A stretch of 64,000 nt of DNA from a virus. Positions within the stretch are counted from its first letter, which is position 1. Each line of letters begins with the position of its first letter. The DNA lies in the IMG/VR virus record IMGVR_UViG_3300025128_006599, positions 12,489 through 76,488 of that record, one strand, 5' to 3'. Of this stretch, positions 37,567 through 46,250 are shown in pieces. Under the pieces are notes generated by a model. The model was not told where the DNA came from and made no database searches. It saw only the letters and a program-made list of their open reading frames with translations. Both the position numbers and the translations under genes were made by a program.

Positions 37567-37960
37567 ATTTTTTCTAAAATTATTTCCACAAGACTATGAT
37601 TTAATTAAAAAAGAAGATTTGGTAGATTTTGTCGGAAACCCATTTACTTTTATTAAGAGTTTAGAGGAACTAAATACACCAAGAACAGAAGATGAAGGAC
37701 CAGTTTGTGAGTGTGTGGGTGAGAATACAAATAAATCATTAGTATTGTATTTTCAATCAATTATTACTCAAGGTATTGAAATACCTGTATATATAAACAA
37801 TAAAAATCAAATTATGGATGGTTACCATAGAGTTCAGGCATATCATTTACTTGGTAGAGAGAAAATACCATATTATCGTAATAAATTATGGAGAAATCAT
37901 GGTTTTTGTTGGAAAAAAGGTATAGAAGGTAGAAGAAGATTACGTTTAAAATCTTGGTAA
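37544..37960 (+). CDS. ParB/sulfiredoxin-like domain protein
   Basis: SI..GIEIPVYI..QIMDGYHRV..LG. Confidence 0.7.
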   Translation: MNDLNEIEFFLKLFPQDYDLIKKEDLVDFVGNPFTFIKSLEELNTPRTEDEGPVCECVGENTNKSLVLYFQSIITQGIEIPVYINNKNQIMDGYHRVQAYHLLGREKIPYYRNKLWRNHGFCWKKGIEGRRRLRLKSW

Positions 37961-37973
37961 ATTTTATTATTAT

Positions 37974-37982
37974 ATATTTATA
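37974..37982 (+). promoter_or_regulatory. Putative late promoter motif ATATTTATA
   Basis: Recurrent intergenic motif upstream of 38010. Confidence 0.55.
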
Positions 37983-38009
37983 ATTGTAACAATCTACTCG
38001 GAAAGTATT

Positions 38010-38867
38010 ATGATTAAACTAAAAGATTTACTTGAAGCCAGTAAAACTGGTACAACATCCTCATCTGAATCACTTGGTGGGTATAAAGGATTTATAAAAC
38101 CCGAAGATTTTGACGCTTATAAAAAAGATTTAGCAAAAAAACTAAAACTAATATTAGCAGAGGGTGTTAATGATCCTGGTATATTCAAGGCCGTATTTCT
38201 TGCAGGTGGGCCTGGTAGTGGAAAAACCTATGTAGTGAAACAAATCTTTGGAATACCTGATAGATTTAATATCAGTATGAGTGGTATGAAGATGGTTAAC
38301 TCAGATAAAGAGTTAAAATATTTGTTAAGAAAATACGGATTCGGTACAGATTTAGATAAGATGCCAGATGAGGTATTTGATGATTTGACTACACCTGGTA
38401 AGAGTGGATTAAGAAAGTTTTCAAAAGAACTTACTAAACAAAGAATGAAACTATATCAACAAGGTAAGTTGGGAATGATTATAGATGGTACAGGCCATGA
38501 CTTTCGTAAGATACAAACCATGAAAAAAATGTTAGAAGATGATGGATACGACACTTACATGGTATTTGTAAATACATCATTAGAGGTGGCACAAAAAAGA
38601 AATCAAGAAAGAGATAGAATATTACCACCAAACTTATTAGAAAAGAGTTGGAAAGATGTTCAGAAGAATCTTGGAAGTTTCCAAGCATTATTTAATAATA
38701 ATTTCGTGATAGTTGATAATTCAAAACATTTATCCGAAGAAGAAGCGGAGGCAAAATTTGTTCCATTGGTTACTAAAGTTATTAGAAAATTTGTGGCAAA
38801 ACCCATCAAGAACAAACTTGGAAAAATGTGGGTTACAAAACAAAAACGTCTTAATAGGAGAAAATAA
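38010..38867 (+). CDS. P-loop kinase (zeta-toxin/AAA_33/Pnk-like) with MIKLKDLLE leader
   Basis: KAVFLAGGPGSGKT, VNSD, IIDGTG, VFVNTSLEVAQKRNQERDR lid motif. Confidence 0.8.
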   Translation: MIKLKDLLEASKTGTTSSSESLGGYKGFIKPEDFDAYKKDLAKKLKLILAEGVNDPGIFKAVFLAGGPGSGKTYVVKQIFGIPDRFNISMSGMKMVNSDKELKYLLRKYGFGTDLDKMPDEVFDDLTTPGKSGLRKFSKELTKQRMKLYQQGKLGMIIDGTGHDFRKIQTMKKMLEDDGYDTYMVFVNTSLEVAQKRNQERDRILPPNLLEKSWKDVQKNLGSFQALFNNNFVIVDNSKHLSEEEAEAKFVPLVTKVIRKFVAKPIKNKLGKMWVTKQKRLNRRK

Positions 38868-38868
38868 A

Positions 38869-39351
38869 ATGCTTACAACATTTGATGAAATAATAGAAGT
38901 TACTCTACACCACGAAGGTGGATATGTTCACGATCCAAAAGATTTAGGTGGTGAAACTAATTTTGGTATAGCTAAAAGATTCTATCCTGATGTAGATATC
39001 AAGAATCTCACAAAAGAGGGTGCAAAAGAAATTTATAAAAAAGATTATTGGGATAGAAATAAAGTGGATGATTTATCTGAAGATTTAAAACACATCTTTT
39101 TTGATATGTGTGTGAATCAAGGTAGAGGTACAGCAGTAAAAATTTTACAACGAGCATGTAACGCAAAAGGTGCTGATTTAGCAGTTGATGGTGGATTCGG
39201 GCCAGGTACAAGAGCAGCAGTAGAAACTTACAAACCATCATTGGAAAGAGTTCGTTGTTATAGAATGAAACATTATTATGATTTAGTGAACAAGAAACCT
39301 GAACAAGAAAGATTTTTGTTTGGGTGGTATCGTAGAGCTTTATCAGTTTAA
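38869..39351 (+). CDS. GH108 lysozyme (endolysin) with peptidoglycan-binding region
   Basis: HEGGYVHDPKDLGGETNFGI, FDMCVNQG, VDGGFGPGT, FLFGWYRR; AGGAG SD before 38869. Confidence 0.9.
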   Translation: MLTTFDEIIEVTLHHEGGYVHDPKDLGGETNFGIAKRFYPDVDIKNLTKEGAKEIYKKDYWDRNKVDDLSEDLKHIFFDMCVNQGRGTAVKILQRACNAKGADLAVDGGFGPGTRAAVETYKPSLERVRCYRMKHYYDLVNKKPEQERFLFGWYRRALSV

Positions 39352-39368
39352 TAAAATAGGAGAAAATA

Positions 39369-39647
39369 ATGGCAACAGCAACAGACGGTTCATTCGTTGG
39401 AAGAACACGAGCTACAGTAAGTAATGATGCTAAATTCACTAAAATAAAAACAACTACGGCAGAAGATTTTTATGCAACAAGTTCATTTATGGGTTCAAGT
39501 GGATTTATCATACAATCTGCTGGTAATTCTGTAATTACACCTACGGAGGGTGATTCAGTTTCAGCTTCAAATTTGACCGCAAAAACACTATATGAAATAG
39601 GTGTACGAAGAGTAAGTGGTAGCGGTGTAGTTCACGTGGTATTCTAA
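39369..39647 (+). CDS. Small Ser/Thr-rich putative virion protein
   Basis: 92 aa, beta-rich, with TSS/SAS/SGS motifs; AGGAG SD. Confidence 0.55.
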   Translation: MATATDGSFVGRTRATVSNDAKFTKIKTTTAEDFYATSSFMGSSGFIIQSAGNSVITPTEGDSVSASNLTAKTLYEIGVRRVSGSGVVHVVF

Positions 39648-39651
39648 ACGA

Positions 39652-42600
39652 ATGAATAAATTAACAGAATGGTTAATTAAAGATTTAATTGATGAGGGAG
39701 TTGAATTACCAATTAAAGTGGGTGATACCGTTTTGATGGGTAGATTCAAAAATAAACGAGTCAAAATAAAATCAATTAATTTTAATGAAAAGGGTGATTT
39801 GTTAATCAACAATCGTCCTGCCTTAAAATTCAGAGTGGTTAGTTCCCAAACTACAGAGGCTGCTAGAATACCTCGTAAAAAAGGACAACATAGAGGTTCT
39901 TCATCTCATTCAGATTTATACACCGATGAGAATCCAAAGGGTACAATCAAAGGATTAAAGTTTGCAACCGTAAAGGATGCACAGGCCTCTGTATCTAAAA
40001 TAAAAGGTAGTGGTAAGAAACACGCTCATAAAATACAGGCGGCGGTTGCTATGGAACAACGAGCAAAAGAAATGGGTAAAAAATCCGCTGCAGCTGTTTA
40101 TAGAAAATTCATCAACCAAATGAAAAAGAAAACCAAAGCAAAGAATGAAGTAGGGTTAGGTTCAACTAAAAAAGTTGTAGGTAGTAATGTTTATACCTTT
40201 GGGCCAGATTGGATACCAACAAGTTTAGCTCAAAGAAAGAAAATGAAAAGACTACACAATAAATTAAATAAGTCTATACGAGAAGATGTTAATTATTTGG
40301 TAAATGAATTTGATTGTGGTTGTCAAGAACTCTACGAGATAGAAAAAATTAATGAAAAGTGGAGTGCAAAATACAAAAAAAGTATTAATTGTAACAACCC
40401 TAAAGGATTCAGTCAACGAGCACATTGTCAAGGTAGAAAGAAAAATGAAGAGTTTGGTGCACCAGCAGGTGTAATTCCATCACCAAGTCGTAAGATGGTT
40501 AAAAAAATGAAGAAAAAGGGAAATACTTCAGTTCCTTATGGTAGTGGATATGAAAAGATTGAAGAACGATTTGCAGTCAGAGGTAATAAAGTAGAAAAGT
40601 TTATCACTGGTAAAAATCTTACACATAAAGGTAAGAAATATAAAGAGATAGATTTTGAATTAGTAAAAGTAGATAATCCTAAAAAATTAGTTACACTTAG
40701 AATCTTAGCACCAAAAAAATTATTTGGTCAAGAAGTACCTGTGAGATTCCAAACACTTAGAAGAGGCCCTTTTCTCAAAACCGATACAAGTAAAGTTCGT
40801 GAGGGACTACCAACTAAAACAACTGATAAATTTAAAAAATTAAAAAATAAACCAGAAACAGATGCTGGAAAGGATTTTTCTGTACATCATGGTTATTCTA
40901 TGAGTGCTCCTATGGGTAGTCTTTCTGAACCAGACACTTATGATTGGGATGATGATGACAGAGAAATCGGTGGAACTCAAAAAGAAAAAGATAAAAGGAA
41001 AAAAGGTTACGAACCAGTAAAAGAAGACAGAACAAAAATCAAAAAAGTAGTTGGTATTTATGGTGGTAGATTTCAACCATTTGGCCCACATCACAAAAAA
41101 ACATATGATTGGTTAAAATCAAGAGTTGATGATGCATATATCACAACATCTGATATCAAGAAACCACCAAGACACCCAATGAACTTCAATGAAAAAGTTC
41201 GTCATATGGTCAAGATGGGTATTCCTAAAAATCGAATTGTGAAAGAAAAATCACCATATATCGCTAAAAACGTATTAAAAAAGTATGATGAGAAAACAAC
41301 TGCTGTTATTTATATTTTTGGTAAAAAAGACGCTGGTAGATTATCAGGTGGAAAGTATTTTAAAGATTATGACAAGAACAGAGGTAACATTTTAGGATAT
41401 GGTGAACATGGTTATATTCTCACAGCACCTCACGTATCAATCAAAGTCGGTGGTAAAGAAGTAAGTGGAACTGTAATGAGAGATTTACTCGGTTCACCAG
41501 AAAATGAAAAGGGTAGAGAAAAATTATTCAAGCAGGCATTTGGATACTTTGATAAGGGTATCTATAATATGATGACAAATAAATTTAAAAAATTATACGA
41601 ATTTTATCAACAAGATTCTGTAAAAGAAATAATCAAAGAAGTTAGTGCTTTAGGGGCTACGATAACTGCAGGTGATTTAGATGATGAGGGATTGTATGAT
41701 TTCTTTAATTCATTCGCTGATTACAAAAGAGTATCACCAAAACATGCACAAATTTTAGGTTGGGACGTAATAGATGATATTATTGATTTTGAGAATGCAA
41801 CAGATCCTGGTCTTGATTATTCAACCTCAACCGTAGATAGAATATCAACCGTAACATATGGTAGAACTATAAATCAAAACACAAAGAATACAGATAGTGT
41901 GGATAATCCATTTCCTAAATATAAACAACATATGAATCAAATGATTGATAAACTTGGTTGGGAAATCGTAAAATTCTTTGGTGAAAAGGAAATAAAGGCA
42001 AAGAAAATTAAAGATTCTGATACACACGATATGGGAACTGCAACTGCAGGTAGTGGTAATACAAATAAACCAGCAACTCCAGATAAACTTAAAAAGATAC
42101 AAGAGAATTTTCAAAGAGATGTGGGGTTACTGATTGAGGGTGGTGCTTATGGACATATGTCACATCCATTTGATGATAATAATCTGACGTTTTCAGATTT
42201 GAAACAGATAATTATTAATGGTATAGGTGGAAAGTTAGACAGAGAAGATGGGGTTACAGAGAAACTCGATGGACAAAATCTAATGGTAAGTTGGGTTGAT
42301 GGTAAATTAAAGGCAGCTAGAAACAAAGGTCATCTCAAAAATCGTGGTAAAACAGCTCCAACCACAAGTGGAGTAAAGAGTATGTTTAGTGGTAGAGGTG
42401 ATATACAAAAGGCCTTTGTAGGTGCGATGAAAGATTTAGAAAAGGCAATTGGTAAATTATCAGATAAACAAAAAGAAAAAGTATTTGGTAATGGAACCAA
42501 GTGGATGAATTTAGAGGTTATGTATCCAGCAACAGCAAATGTAGTAGATTATGATGTGGCAGAAATAGTGTTTCACGGCACGATAGAATATGATGATAGT

Positions 42601-43365
42601 GGAAGGGCAGTAGGTCAACCTAAAGATAGTGCTCGTATGTTAGCTGGTATGATAAAACAAGTAAACCAAAGCGTTCAAAAAATGTTTAGGATTGGAAAAC
42701 CAAACTTTTTACAAGTTCCCAAATCTCAAAACTTTGGTAAATTAAAAGGTAAATTTTTACAACAAATAAATAAATTACAATCTACATATTCATTAAAAGA
42801 TACAGATAAGTTGGGTGAATATCATCAGGCATATTGGAGAGAGTATGTATTTAATGCATCTAAACAATTTAAAGTTAGTTTGAAACCAAATCAATTTGTT
42901 AGTTTGGTTAATCGTTGGGCATATTTTGATAAGTCATATAAGATAGCGGATATTAAAAAAGATTATAAAGATAGTCCAAAATTTTTAGATTGGATATTAT
43001 CTACAGATAAGAATGATGTTCAAAAGATTTTTAAAGATAATATAAAACCATTTGAAGTTTTATTCTTTTCAGTTGGTGCTGAAATATTGAAAAATATAAG
43101 TGGGTATATGGCAGCCTCACCAAATAAAACGGTACAAAAAATGAGAAAAGAAGTCATTCAGGCATTAAGGGATTTGAAAAGTGGTGGTAAGGTTGATAAA
43201 TTAAAAAAGTTAAAAATACAAATTGAAAAATTAGAAGCAATTGGTGGATTAGATGCAATTGTTCCAAGTGAGGGAGTGGTGTTTAAGTATAAGGGTAAGA
43301 CTTATAAGTTTACAGGAGCATTTGCACCAATCAATCAGATACTTGGTAGTTTGAAATTTGGATAG
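39652..43365 (+). CDS. Modular 1237 aa polyprotein: basic small modules, cytidylyltransferase-like domain (about 41044-41600) and RNA-ligase-like KxDG domain (about 42139-43365)
   Basis: VGIYGGRFQPFGPHH..VSGTVMR; GGAYGHMSHPF..TEKLDGQN..AARNK..MNLEV..EGVVF..YKFTG. Modules are separated by x-x-E sites. Confidence 0.7.
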   Translation: MNKLTEWLIKDLIDEGVELPIKVGDTVLMGRFKNKRVKIKSINFNEKGDLLINNRPALKFRVVSSQTTEAARIPRKKGQHRGSSSHSDLYTDENPKGTIKGLKFATVKDAQASVSKIKGSGKKHAHKIQAAVAMEQRAKEMGKKSAAAVYRKFINQMKKKTKAKNEVGLGSTKKVVGSNVYTFGPDWIPTSLAQRKKMKRLHNKLNKSIREDVNYLVNEFDCGCQELYEIEKINEKWSAKYKKSINCNNPKGFSQRAHCQGRKKNEEFGAPAGVIPSPSRKMVKKMKKKGNTSVPYGSGYEKIEERFAVRGNKVEKFITGKNLTHKGKKYKEIDFELVKVDNPKKLVTLRILAPKKLFGQEVPVRFQTLRRGPFLKTDTSKVREGLPTKTTDKFKKLKNKPETDAGKDFSVHHGYSMSAPMGSLSEPDTYDWDDDDREIGGTQKEKDKRKKGYEPVKEDRTKIKKVVGIYGGRFQPFGPHHKKTYDWLKSRVDDAYITTSDIKKPPRHPMNFNEKVRHMVKMGIPKNRIVKEKSPYIAKNVLKKYDEKTTAVIYIFGKKDAGRLSGGKYFKDYDKNRGNILGYGEHGYILTAPHVSIKVGGKEVSGTVMRDLLGSPENEKGREKLFKQAFGYFDKGIYNMMTNKFKKLYEFYQQDSVKEIIKEVSALGATITAGDLDDEGLYDFFNSFADYKRVSPKHAQILGWDVIDDIIDFENATDPGLDYSTSTVDRISTVTYGRTINQNTKNTDSVDNPFPKYKQHMNQMIDKLGWEIVKFFGEKEIKAKKIKDSDTHDMGTATAGSGNTNKPATPDKLKKIQENFQRDVGLLIEGGAYGHMSHPFDDNNLTFSDLKQIIINGIGGKLDREDGVTEKLDGQNLMVSWVDGKLKAARNKGHLKNRGKTAPTTSGVKSMFSGRGDIQKAFVGAMKDLEKAIGKLSDKQKEKVFGNGTKWMNLEVMYPATANVVDYDVAEIVFHGTIEYDDSGRAVGQPKDSARMLAGMIKQVNQSVQKMFRIGKPNFLQVPKSQNFGKLKGKFLQQINKLQSTYSLKDTDKLGEYHQAYWREYVFNASKQFKVSLKPNQFVSLVNRWAYFDKSYKIADIKKDYKDSPKFLDWILSTDKNDVQKIFKDNIKPFEVLFFSVGAEILKNISGYMAASPNKTVQKMRKEVIQALRDLKSGGKVDKLKKLKIQIEKLEAIGGLDAIVPSEGVVFKYKGKTYKFTGAFAPINQILGSLKFG

Positions 43366-43375
43366 GAATAAATAG

Positions 43376-44707
43376 ATGCCCTCTATAGAAGAAATAAAAT
43401 TAGCATTAGGTACAATGGATAAATCATCCAATGCATCGAGTATTAATGAAAATGTAAATCCAACTTCATTTTCTCAAGAATTATTTGCTCCTATTGAAAA
43501 ATTAGAAGATCACATTCACGATAGAGATGGTATTATTGAAAATTTAGAGGAAGAAATATTTGAATTAAAAAATCAAATTTCTATATTAGAAAAAGAGAAA
43601 TCTAATATTTTAGAAGAATTAAAGAAATCGGGTTGGTTAGAAAATAAAGTTACATTTTCATCAAAATATAAAGGTAACATGAAAACAATTCTTGGTGAAG
43701 TAAAGGTTGTAGATACAAAGATAATATCTCTGTTAACAACCGTTGGAAGAAAAAAACAAGGTAATGAAAAATTAACTTGGAAAGGTTGGTTAACCATACC
43801 AGAGAATAGATATCTATATGAAATAAATGAAAGTATAGCTAAAGATGTTTACAACGCCACTACTGAATATATACGAAAAAATTGGGAAGATAGAAAAATA
43901 TCACGAGGTGGTGGAAAAAAAGAACAAGAATCTGTAAATTACTCATTAACATTTAGTGGGAATGCTGGTGCTGGTAGTCTAAATAATCATGTAACAACTG
44001 ATTTTAACCCCGATACTTATAACCTTAATTTAGGATTTACTGTTTCTTATTGGGTTAGACCAGATGAAGTAGGAAATACTATGTTTGCATTCGGTAGAAA
44101 GCATGCCAATAACCAACGATTTACATTTGGTATTAATAGAAAACGTCAATCATTCTTCGGCATTGGAGCAAATACAGGAATAAAAGCATGGGTTAACATG
44201 GATACACCAGTAGAAGAATCATTGTTAGTTCAGGATGGTAGTTACTTTAATCTAAAAACAGATGGTACTTGGTATCATTTTGCAGTAACGTATGATGACC
44301 GCTCAGATACATCTTCTGGTACTGACCGTAAGGTATATGTAAACGGAGTACTTCGTCAGACAGATAGTTTCAATTGGAGTAACACAGGCGGTGATACTGG
44401 TGGTATGATTTTTGGGGGGCGCAGAACATCAGGCAACCAATATGACAACGGATGGGCTTGTGGTCTTGACGAAGTGGCTATATATGACACAGCAAAAGAT
44501 TCTGATTGGGTTGCAAGTGTATATAATAATAAAACTGATTACAATCATAAAGAGTCAGGTGGAAGTAGTCTTGTAGGATATTGGAGATTTAATGAAGGTG
44601 GTGGAACACGTGTAGAAGATTTATCAGGAAATGGTAATCACGGAACTTTGACCGCTGCATCTGGAGATATTACAGATTATCCAACTTGGTCAACAGATAA
44701 ACCATAA
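43376..44707 (+). CDS. Coiled-coil protein with C-terminal LamG/ConA-like domain
   Basis: FTVSYWVRP, WYHFAVTYD, VYVNG, LDEVAIYD, LVGYWRFNEG..DLSGNGNHG. Confidence 0.8.
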   Translation: MPSIEEIKLALGTMDKSSNASSINENVNPTSFSQELFAPIEKLEDHIHDRDGIIENLEEEIFELKNQISILEKEKSNILEELKKSGWLENKVTFSSKYKGNMKTILGEVKVVDTKIISLLTTVGRKKQGNEKLTWKGWLTIPENRYLYEINESIAKDVYNATTEYIRKNWEDRKISRGGGKKEQESVNYSLTFSGNAGAGSLNNHVTTDFNPDTYNLNLGFTVSYWVRPDEVGNTMFAFGRKHANNQRFTFGINRKRQSFFGIGANTGIKAWVNMDTPVEESLLVQDGSYFNLKTDGTWYHFAVTYDDRSDTSSGTDRKVYVNGVLRQTDSFNWSNTGGDTGGMIFGGRRTSGNQYDNGWACGLDEVAIYDTAKDSDWVASVYNNKTDYNHKESGGSSLVGYWRFNEGGGTRVEDLSGNGNHGTLTAASGDITDYPTWSTDKP

Positions 44708-44725
44708 TATAATATAGGAGTAATT

Positions 44726-45274
44726 ATGGCAAGTTATAGTAAAGAAGCAGAACGACAAAATAAAGTTTTAGGTGACCTTTTAGCGGGCAGAGAACCTGAA
44801 AAACGAATAATGGTCGGATACGATAGTGGAAACGAACCACAAAAACATGGTGATAAAATAGATAGACTCTCAGATATAATGAAAGAAGTAAGGATGCCTT
44901 ACTTTTGTCCATCTTGTGAAAAGGTAATGAAGAAAAGACTTGATGATAAGTTTTGGAGAATAATGGGACATTGTTTTGATTGTCAAATTAAAATAGAAAA
45001 TAAACTTCGTATTGAGGGTAAGTGGGAAGAATATGAAAAGAAAAAAATATTAGAAAATAAAAGAGCGTATTTAAAAGATTTAAAACAAAGTATTGATGAG
45101 TTCGAAGCTTCAGGAGGTAAGACTACGTTTTTTAATGAAGTTGGAGTTGATGAGAAAAGTGTGGAAAAAGAGGAATGGTCAATGGGACAAGAGAATTTTG
45201 ATAAACTTGTCACGGAGGCTAGAGAATATATTGAAAAACTTGAGTTGGAGTTAGAAAATGAAATCATCGAATAA
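44726..45274 (+). CDS. Hypothetical Zn-binding protein
   Basis: CPSC..CFDC; AGGAG SD. Confidence 0.65.
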   Translation: MASYSKEAERQNKVLGDLLAGREPEKRIMVGYDSGNEPQKHGDKIDRLSDIMKEVRMPYFCPSCEKVMKKRLDDKFWRIMGHCFDCQIKIENKLRIEGKWEEYEKKKILENKRAYLKDLKQSIDEFEASGGKTTFFNEVGVDEKSVEKEEWSMGQENFDKLVTEAREYIEKLELELENEIIE

Positions 45275-45533
45275 AAGAAAACTAATACTACCTGAGGATA
45301 TTATATTTGAATTAATGGATATGACTGCAACTCTTGGAGAAGTTGCAGAAGAGTATCATCGTAAGATTGGACACGATGAGGAAATTGAAAACATTTTAGA
45401 AGTTTATCATAGAATCATAGATAAGTTAATGAATTTAAACAAATATGAATCAATTGATGAAAATGGTAGTAAAACAGTTAATCTTGAAGAACTTGTTCAT
45501 GGAGCAGGGCTTTCATTTTTAGGAGAAAATTAA
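45258..45533 (+). CDS. Hypothetical protein
   Basis: 91 aa coupled ORF with GGAG SD. Confidence 0.55.
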   Translation: MKSSNKRKLILPEDIIFELMDMTATLGEVAEEYHRKIGHDEEIENILEVYHRIIDKLMNLNKYESIDENGSKTVNLEELVHGAGLSFLGEN

Positions 45534-45854
45534 ATGAAAAAGGTGTGGAAAGTATTATTAGGTATTATTGGTGGTCTTTTAGCCATTTTAGGACTTGGTG
45601 CAAAAGCTTCTGGTAAGAAGAAAGAAGAAATCAAAAAACTTGATAACGCAATCAAACAAAAGGACAAAGAAGTTAAACAAACCGAGAAAAAGGTTAAAGA
45701 ACTTGAGTCAAAAAAACGAGTAAACAAAAAACAAGTTGAAAAACTGAAAAAAGAAGTTAAATCTACAAAGGCAGAGATAAAAAAGGCTCAAAAGGCAGTT
45801 GAAATTGATGATGTAGATGAAGCAGTAAACTTTTTGAAGAAGTTTTCCAAATAA
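45534..45854 (+). CDS. N-terminal TM plus Lys-rich coiled coil, i-spanin-like
   Basis: VLLGIIGGLLAILGLGA followed by a heptad-rich basic helix. Confidence 0.5.
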   Translation: MKKVWKVLLGIIGGLLAILGLGAKASGKKKEEIKKLDNAIKQKDKEVKQTEKKVKELESKKRVNKKQVEKLKKEVKSTKAEIKKAQKAVEIDDVDEAVNFLKKFSK

Positions 45855-45872
45855 ACTGATATATATGTATAT

Positions 45873-46250
45873 ATGAAGAATTTAATTAAAATATTATTAT
45901 TCACGGGAATAGTTTTTTCACAAGAAAAGACGTATACTTTTACTGAATCTGAAATTTTGGGTTTTACCAAACAGATTACTGATTTACAGGTAAAAGATAG
46001 TTTAAACACTAAAACTATTAAAGACTTGGAATCGATTATCAAATTGTTGGAACAAAATGCACAAACAGATTCACTAATAATTACGAATAAAGACCTTTCG
46101 ATTGAAGTATTGAAAGAACGTTCAGAAATATTAGAAAAAAAGGTAAAACTTGTGAAACCGAGTTGGTATGAGAATAAATGGTTATATTTCACTTATGGAG
46201 TGATTATGACCGCGACTTCTGTAAAGCTTGCTGGTGAGATAGTACAATAA
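45873..46250 (+). CDS. Secreted coiled-coil protein with C-terminal hydrophobic segment, putative spanin partner
   Basis: Signal peptide MKNLIKILLFTGIVFS|Q, coiled coil, WYENKWLYFTYGVIMTA. Confidence 0.45.
   Translation: MKNLIKILLFTGIVFSQEKTYTFTESEILGFTKQITDLQVKDSLNTKTIKDLESIIKLLEQNAQTDSLIITNKDLSIEVLKERSEILEKKVKLVKPSWYENKWLYFTYGVIMTATSVKLAGEIVQ

Noticed and set aside
1-37960. Island as a DNA hypermodification cluster or a host chromosomal LPS locus
   Set aside because: No thymidylate-synthase-like or base-modification genes recognised and no flippase/polymerase; it is continuous with the phage late genes and shares their motif. DNA targets cannot be fully excluded.
38010-38867. Zeta toxin of a toxin-antitoxin pair
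   Set aside because: No antitoxin-like neighbour; the fold is shared with many small-molecule and polynucleotide kinases, and the leader suggests virion cargo.
38713-38868. N-terminal extension of the endolysin in the ORF track
   Set aside because: Overlaps the kinase gene; AGGAG precedes ATG 38869. Upstream starts at 19289, 28227, 32304, 37511, 53019 and 62878 were trimmed on similar grounds.
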